Part shown: piece after piece, positions 15,261 through 19,235 of the stretch
Layout: each line of letters starts with the position of its first letter
Position numbering within the stretch: the first letter of the stretch is position 1
Origin: Candidatus Heimdallarchaeota archaeon
Lineage (GTDB): Archaea; Asgardarchaeota; Heimdallarchaeia; Heimdallarchaeales; Heimdallarchaeaceae
Assembly (NCBI GenBank): GCA_016839945.1
Contig: JAEOTE010000141.1
Location: forward strand, 1 to 19,235
Reading direction: 5' to 3'
Length of the DNA: 19,235 nucleotides
Notes under the pieces: model-generated
Told to the model about the DNA's origin: nothing
Databases searched by the model: none
What the model saw: the letters and a program-made list of their open reading frames with translations, nothing else
Translations under genes and position numbers: made by a program

Positions 15261-17288
15261 ATGATAAAAAAACACATAAAAATTTCTATTTTCATAGTTT
15301 TACTATGTTCAATTTTCAGTTTTCTACCAAATAATTCATTTCTAGTTAATGCTGGTTCAGGATTTTTCACTGAAGATTTCTCAACAACAACTTATCTTGA
15401 TGTGGTCAACACCAATGCTACAGGATGGGGATCTGGATTAGTTAAAAGTCCATACAAAGAGAATCTTGAACTTAAATCAATTTACAATAACACAAAAGAT
15501 CCAGTAGATGTTTTCGTAGATGGAGATTATGCTTATGTTGCCGATTATCATGGAGATTTATCGATATTTGACGTAAGTGACTCATCGAATCCAGTTAGTA
15601 TAAGTAACTATTCAATAGGAAATGGTGCGGGGACACCGACAGGTGTTTTTGTTTTAGATTCTGTATGTTATGTTGCCACTCGTCATTGGGGATTACAGAT
15701 AGTAGATGTATCCACTCCTTCAGTTCCAAACAATTTCAGTGCTTATTATACAATAGATCTTCCACATGATGTTTTTGTAGAAGGAGATTATGCTTATGTT
15801 GCAGATGAGGAAGGTGGAGTACAAATAGTTGATATTAGCAATCCATCTATTCCAACTAATGCTTCAGCAATTGATGTTGGTGGCAGAGGATATGGTGTCT
15901 ATGTTGAAAACTCCAAATTGTATGTAGCTGAATATTATGGCAAATTCTTAGTTTATGATGTAACAACTCCGACAGCACCAGTTCATCTTGGTAATGTCTC
16001 TACAACTTCGAATCCGAACGATCTATCTGTTGATGGTGATGTAGCGTATTTAGCAAATGGCTTTGGTGGTTTTTACACAATTAATGTTACTGATCCAAAT
16101 AATCCTAATGTTTTAGACAACTACTCCACAGGTAATCATATGAGAGATGCTAAGTTTAGAGAGAAAATTGTTTATGTAACAGATGCTATGTTAGGGGTTC
16201 TAGTTCTTGACATATGTGATCCAACAGATATAACTTTGATAACTTCGTATGACACGTATAACTGGCCTGAAGGTTTATTCGTTAAAGATGGAATGGTTTA
16301 TGTAACAGATTACATGGGAGGATTTCTAATTCTAGATCATAGAGGGTATGAGAATAGAGTTGTTGCACAATCAACAACTATTGTTTCAATAACGGATGAA
16401 GCGCAGTTTGCAAATGCAACAATGCTACTAACCAGCCATTCTACATTATGGTCTGGGATGGCAATAGGTCTCTATCTTTCAGCAGATGGAGGTGTAAATT
16501 GGCAACATGTAGATAATGGTCAAGAAACAATTTTAACTAATCCTGGAACAGATTTAAGATTCCAGTTAGTTCTGATTTGTCTCAATTTAGTCAATGTAAC
16601 TTGGATTTCAGAACTGGAAATAAGTTATACTACTAAGCTGAATGGTGTTGGTAAAAGTTCTCCTTCTCATCTTAGTGGAACAAATGATAACACAACTACA
16701 CTTACGTGGTTTTCTCTAACAGGTGCCGCAAGCTATTGGCTTCAAGTTGATAGTGCAGGTACATGGGTATCTCCAGAGATAAACGTAACGTTATCTGGAA
16801 GTGCTACAGATTATACTACGTCTGCCCTGCCTGACGGATTATATAACTGGAGAATCGCAGGTATTGATTCAGATGGAGATCTTGGTAGCTGGTCAACTGA
16901 ATGGATATTTACTATTGATACTATCAAACCTAATGTCACGGGACCTGATGATTTCACTTATTCCGAAGGTGAAATTGGTAACAATATAACTTTTGCATAT
17001 ACAGAAATCAATCCAAGTACTCTTACGATTTATTTAGATTATGCACCAATCGATCCAGGATTGATAACTTTTGGAACAAATCATTTCAATGTATCAGCAG
17101 ATGGTTTAGCAGATGGAAGTCATAATTTCACTTGTGTAATGAGTGATGTTGCAGGAAACACTGGGAGCTATACAGTAATAGTTACTGTAACACCAGTGAT
17201 AGAAGAATACATGCAAATTATAATAGCTCTACCTATACTGATGATTGTAGGACTTACAGTGATATCAATTTCAAAGAGACGTGAATAG
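15261..17288 (+). CDS. Secreted, C-terminally anchored surface glycoprotein with 7 LVIVD repeats (beta-propeller) plus FN3/Ig-like domains
   Basis: Signal peptide (MIKKHIKISIFIVLLCSIFSFL...VNA); seven ~42 aa repeats of the type DVFVxGDYAYVAD..GL.I.DVS.P..P; FN3-like LTW...A.SYWLQVD...LPDGLYNWRIAGID; C-terminal VIEEY + TM + KRRE; many N-x-S/T sequons. Confidence 0.9.
   Translation: MIKKHIKISIFIVLLCSIFSFLPNNSFLVNAGSGFFTEDFSTTTYLDVVNTNATGWGSGLVKSPYKENLELKSIYNNTKDPVDVFVDGDYAYVADYHGDLSIFDVSDSSNPVSISNYSIGNGAGTPTGVFVLDSVCYVATRHWGLQIVDVSTPSVPNNFSAYYTIDLPHDVFVEGDYAYVADEEGGVQIVDISNPSIPTNASAIDVGGRGYGVYVENSKLYVAEYYGKFLVYDVTTPTAPVHLGNVSTTSNPNDLSVDGDVAYLANGFGGFYTINVTDPNNPNVLDNYSTGNHMRDAKFREKIVYVTDAMLGVLVLDICDPTDITLITSYDTYNWPEGLFVKDGMVYVTDYMGGFLILDHRGYENRVVAQSTTIVSITDEAQFANATMLLTSHSTLWSGMAIGLYLSADGGVNWQHVDNGQETILTNPGTDLRFQLVLICLNLVNVTWISELEISYTTKLNGVGKSSPSHLSGTNDNTTTLTWFSLTGAASYWLQVDSAGTWVSPEINVTLSGSATDYTTSALPDGLYNWRIAGIDSDGDLGSWSTEWIFTIDTIKPNVTGPDDFTYSEGEIGNNITFAYTEINPSTLTIYLDYAPIDPGLITFGTNHFNVSADGLADGSHNFTCVMSDVAGNTGSYTVIVTVTPVIEEYMQIIIALPILMIVGLTVISISKRRE
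15507..15802 (+). repeat. Intragenic direct repeat between LVIVD blades 1 and 3
   Basis: 15507-15541 and 15768-15802 match at 33/35 nt, 261 nt apart (in frame). Confidence 0.8.
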
Positions 17289-17301
17289 CCTCTTCTTCTT
17301 T

Positions 17302-18387
17302 TCATTTTTTTATTCTTTTGTACAAATACACAAGAGGAATAATGACAAGGATTCCTGAGCTGAAAATTATTATGAAATATCCCCATAATGGAAAACTTCC
17401 AGTATAGTGTGATTTCATATAAGATTCTATTGTCTGTCCTATTATTTTCAAACTCTCAGAATCTATATTATCTAAATTATCAGAATGAGTATGGTGGTAA
17501 TTCCATTCACCATTCATAAAATCAATTATCAAATCTACTGCAGGTATTCCATAATCCTTGAAAGCTATATGATCATCTATTACTGATATTTCAGTTGGAT
17601 TAAGTGGAAATGCACTGCTGTATCCTAGCTTTCTGCCTTCCCTAAATATTCGATTATGTAAAATCAAATCCGAATTAGTCTCTCTAGTAAATATAAGATC
17701 AGTTCCTCCTACCATGTCAAGTAGAATGAAGCTGTTAATTTTTTCTGATTTTGAATCATAGAATTCTTCTATATCATCAACGAATTTCATAGATCCTTCA
17801 CACCAATCCCAGAATTCTAATCCATACATCCCTAGAGAATATCCTTGATCTTCTGCATCGAGAAAAAGAAACCAAATTTGACAATCTAAGTTGTCCTTGT
17901 AAAGTGAAAGAACTCTAGATAACTCTATAAGTACAGCTACTCCTGAACCCCCGTCATTAGCTCCAGGAATTGGTTGACTTTGATTATACGTATCTTTTTC
18001 CGCAACGTTTCGTGAATCCCAATGAGCTCCTAGAATAACAATTTTAGTTTTGTTTGTATTGATTTTTCCTAAAATATTTTGACAATAATAATTTGGTTGA
18101 CTTTCTTTTTGGATTGAGAAATCATGAACAAAAACTTCATCGGCATAAGTCTGCATTTGATCTACTATCCAATCTGCACAATTATTATGAGCAGTTGTTC
18201 CAGGAACCCTGAAACCAAAATCTAATTGTGAAGAGATATGATTATATGCATTAGACTCATTAAAAATTAGAGAATGGGATTTTGCAGAAACAAAAGGGTT
18301 TTGGGTAAAAGCTAAACTAAAAACGAATAAGAACAATAATGCTAGAGTTAAGTGAGTTTTATGATATTTCAAGTAGGCATTGCCCAT
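17302..18387 (-). CDS. M28-family Zn enzyme, glutaminyl cyclase-like, with signal peptide and C-terminal TM anchor
   Basis: FGFRVPGT, LGAHWDSR, GANDGGSGVAVL, LDAEDQG, LLDMVG, DDHIAF, HHTHSD; hydrophobic N-terminus; C-terminal TM followed by KRIKK. Confidence 0.9.
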   Translation of the reverse strand: MGNAYLKYHKTHLTLALLFLFVFSLAFTQNPFVSAKSHSLIFNESNAYNHISSQLDFGFRVPGTTAHNNCADWIVDQMQTYADEVFVHDFSIQKESQPNYYCQNILGKINTNKTKIVILGAHWDSRNVAEKDTYNQSQPIPGANDGGSGVAVLIELSRVLSLYKDNLDCQIWFLFLDAEDQGYSLGMYGLEFWDWCEGSMKFVDDIEEFYDSKSEKINSFILLDMVGGTDLIFTRETNSDLILHNRIFREGRKLGYSSAFPLNPTEISVIDDHIAFKDYGIPAVDLIIDFMNGEWNYHHTHSDNLDNIDSESLKIIGQTIESYMKSHYTGSFPLWGYFIIIFSSGILVIIPLVYLYKRIKK

Positions 18388-18448
18388 TAGTAATGCAAGG
18401 AAGATAGCAAATTATTAATCTTTCCAAGAATCAGATAATGTTGTTTTA

Positions 18449-19234
18449 TCATTTACTTCTATATCTCTTGTAAACTCTTATTGATGTCAGCGCAATTAGA
18501 GTAATTATGTTCATTATAAACAGATATGGACTTCTTGTTGTTCGAATTTTTTGTGGGTAAATATCTACTGATTCGGAAGGTCCATCTATTAGATAATCAC
18601 CTCTTCCACTGTAATCAGAATAATAATTTCCTATTTTACTTCCTTCATCATACCAAGTATTTGAAAATCCTTCATCATATGCTTGACTAGTTATTTCTCC
18701 AAAACGTTCATTATCAATATTATAAGTTTCTGCTTTTCCACAATCAATCAATGTGTTTTGATAAACATAGTTGAAATTAGAAAGACTAATTATAATTGCA
18801 ACTCCAAACATTGAACAGTTTTTAATCTCGTTTCCAATTATATCTGTTGAACTAGTGTAACGAATACCAATTCCATGGTAAAGACAATCACTTACTCTGT
18901 TACCTTTAATTGTAATATAATTTGCTTCATTTGTATGAATACTACATGCATGATTTGAACAAGTGTTGTTGATTATAGAACAACCTGTAGTACTAGAAAC
19001 ACCAATTCCTCCTCCCATATCAGTAGTACCTATGCATGTGTTGTTAATAATTTGTGCAGTATTAGAAGCGACAGCATGTACATTTATACCTATATATTCT
19101 GCAAGAAGATAACAATTCCTAATAATAAAATGTGCAGTAGTACCAGTAACATAAATACCATTTGAAAGGAAACCAAAAGATTCAATTCTATAATTCTCTA
19201 TAATATATGGCTCTTCTTCAGTACCAGAACCATC
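18449..19234 (-). CDS. Right-handed beta-helix (NosD/CASH/PbH1) surface protein with C-terminal TM anchor; 5'-truncated by the window edge
   Basis: The frame is open to the window end (DGSGTEEEPYIIENYRI...FIIRNC), followed by I.NNT/I.GN repeats, QAYDEG..NTW...GNYYSDY.G...YLIDG....DIYP, and a terminal SPY + TM + KRYRSK. Confidence 0.9.
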   Translation of the reverse strand, partial: DGSGTEEEPYIIENYRIESFGFLSNGIYVTGTTAHFIIRNCYLLAEYIGINVHAVASNTAQIINNTCIGTTDMGGGIGVSSTTGCSIINNTCSNHACSIHTNEANYITIKGNRVSDCLYHGIGIRYTSSTDIIGNEIKNCSMFGVAIIISLSNFNYVYQNTLIDCGKAETYNIDNERFGEITSQAYDEGFSNTWYDEGSKIGNYYSDYSGRGDYLIDGPSESVDIYPQKIRTTRSPYLFIMNIITLIALTSIRVYKRYRSK

Positions 19235-19235
19235 A

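Noticed and set aside
16801-17386. Short ORFs at 16801-16989 (+) and 17168-17386 (-)
   Set aside because: Alternate-frame or antisense overlaps of strong surface-protein genes.
1-19235. CRISPR array, tRNA/rRNA, IS element, integrase or defence system
   Set aside because: I saw no regularly spaced repeats, GC-rich structural RNA islands, transposase/integrase motifs or defence-type nuclease/ATPase genes; the EEP and MBL proteins fit lipid and small-molecule roles better.

Overview
AT-rich (roughly 30% GC by eye), gene-dense archaeal chromosomal window, most likely from an Asgard archaeon (Heimdallarchaeia-like). This is an inference from an Arf-family GTPase, a Cwh43/PGAP2IP-like protein, 'GSGTEEEPYIIEN' beta-helix and LVIVD surface proteins with C-terminal anchors, and T-tract terminators. 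Left to right: a 5'-truncated double-wHTH (Lrp/AsnC-like) regulator with a stand-alone receiver domain; a small Cys/Trp-rich cationic protein; an EF-Tu domain II-like protein; an Arf-like GTPase; a Trp-rich membrane protein; a six-gene amine/ureide cluster (MBL hydrolase, L-hydantoinase-like amidohydrolase, group II PLP decarboxylase, hydantoin racemase, DABA-transaminase-like aminotransferase, SDR); a multi-TM plus EEP Cwh43-like protein; an ArsR-like regulator divergent from a tandem GNAT around a palindromic TATA flanked by two TCTCA-N5-TGAGA sites; and three C-terminally anchored surface proteins. I saw no rRNA, tRNA, CRISPR array or mobile element. Family calls come from motif recognition only, with no database search. 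The best candidates for novelty are the hydantoinase/racemase plus Dat/Ddc-like cluster lacking a carbamoylase, the Cwh43-like protein, and the 8-Cys small protein.
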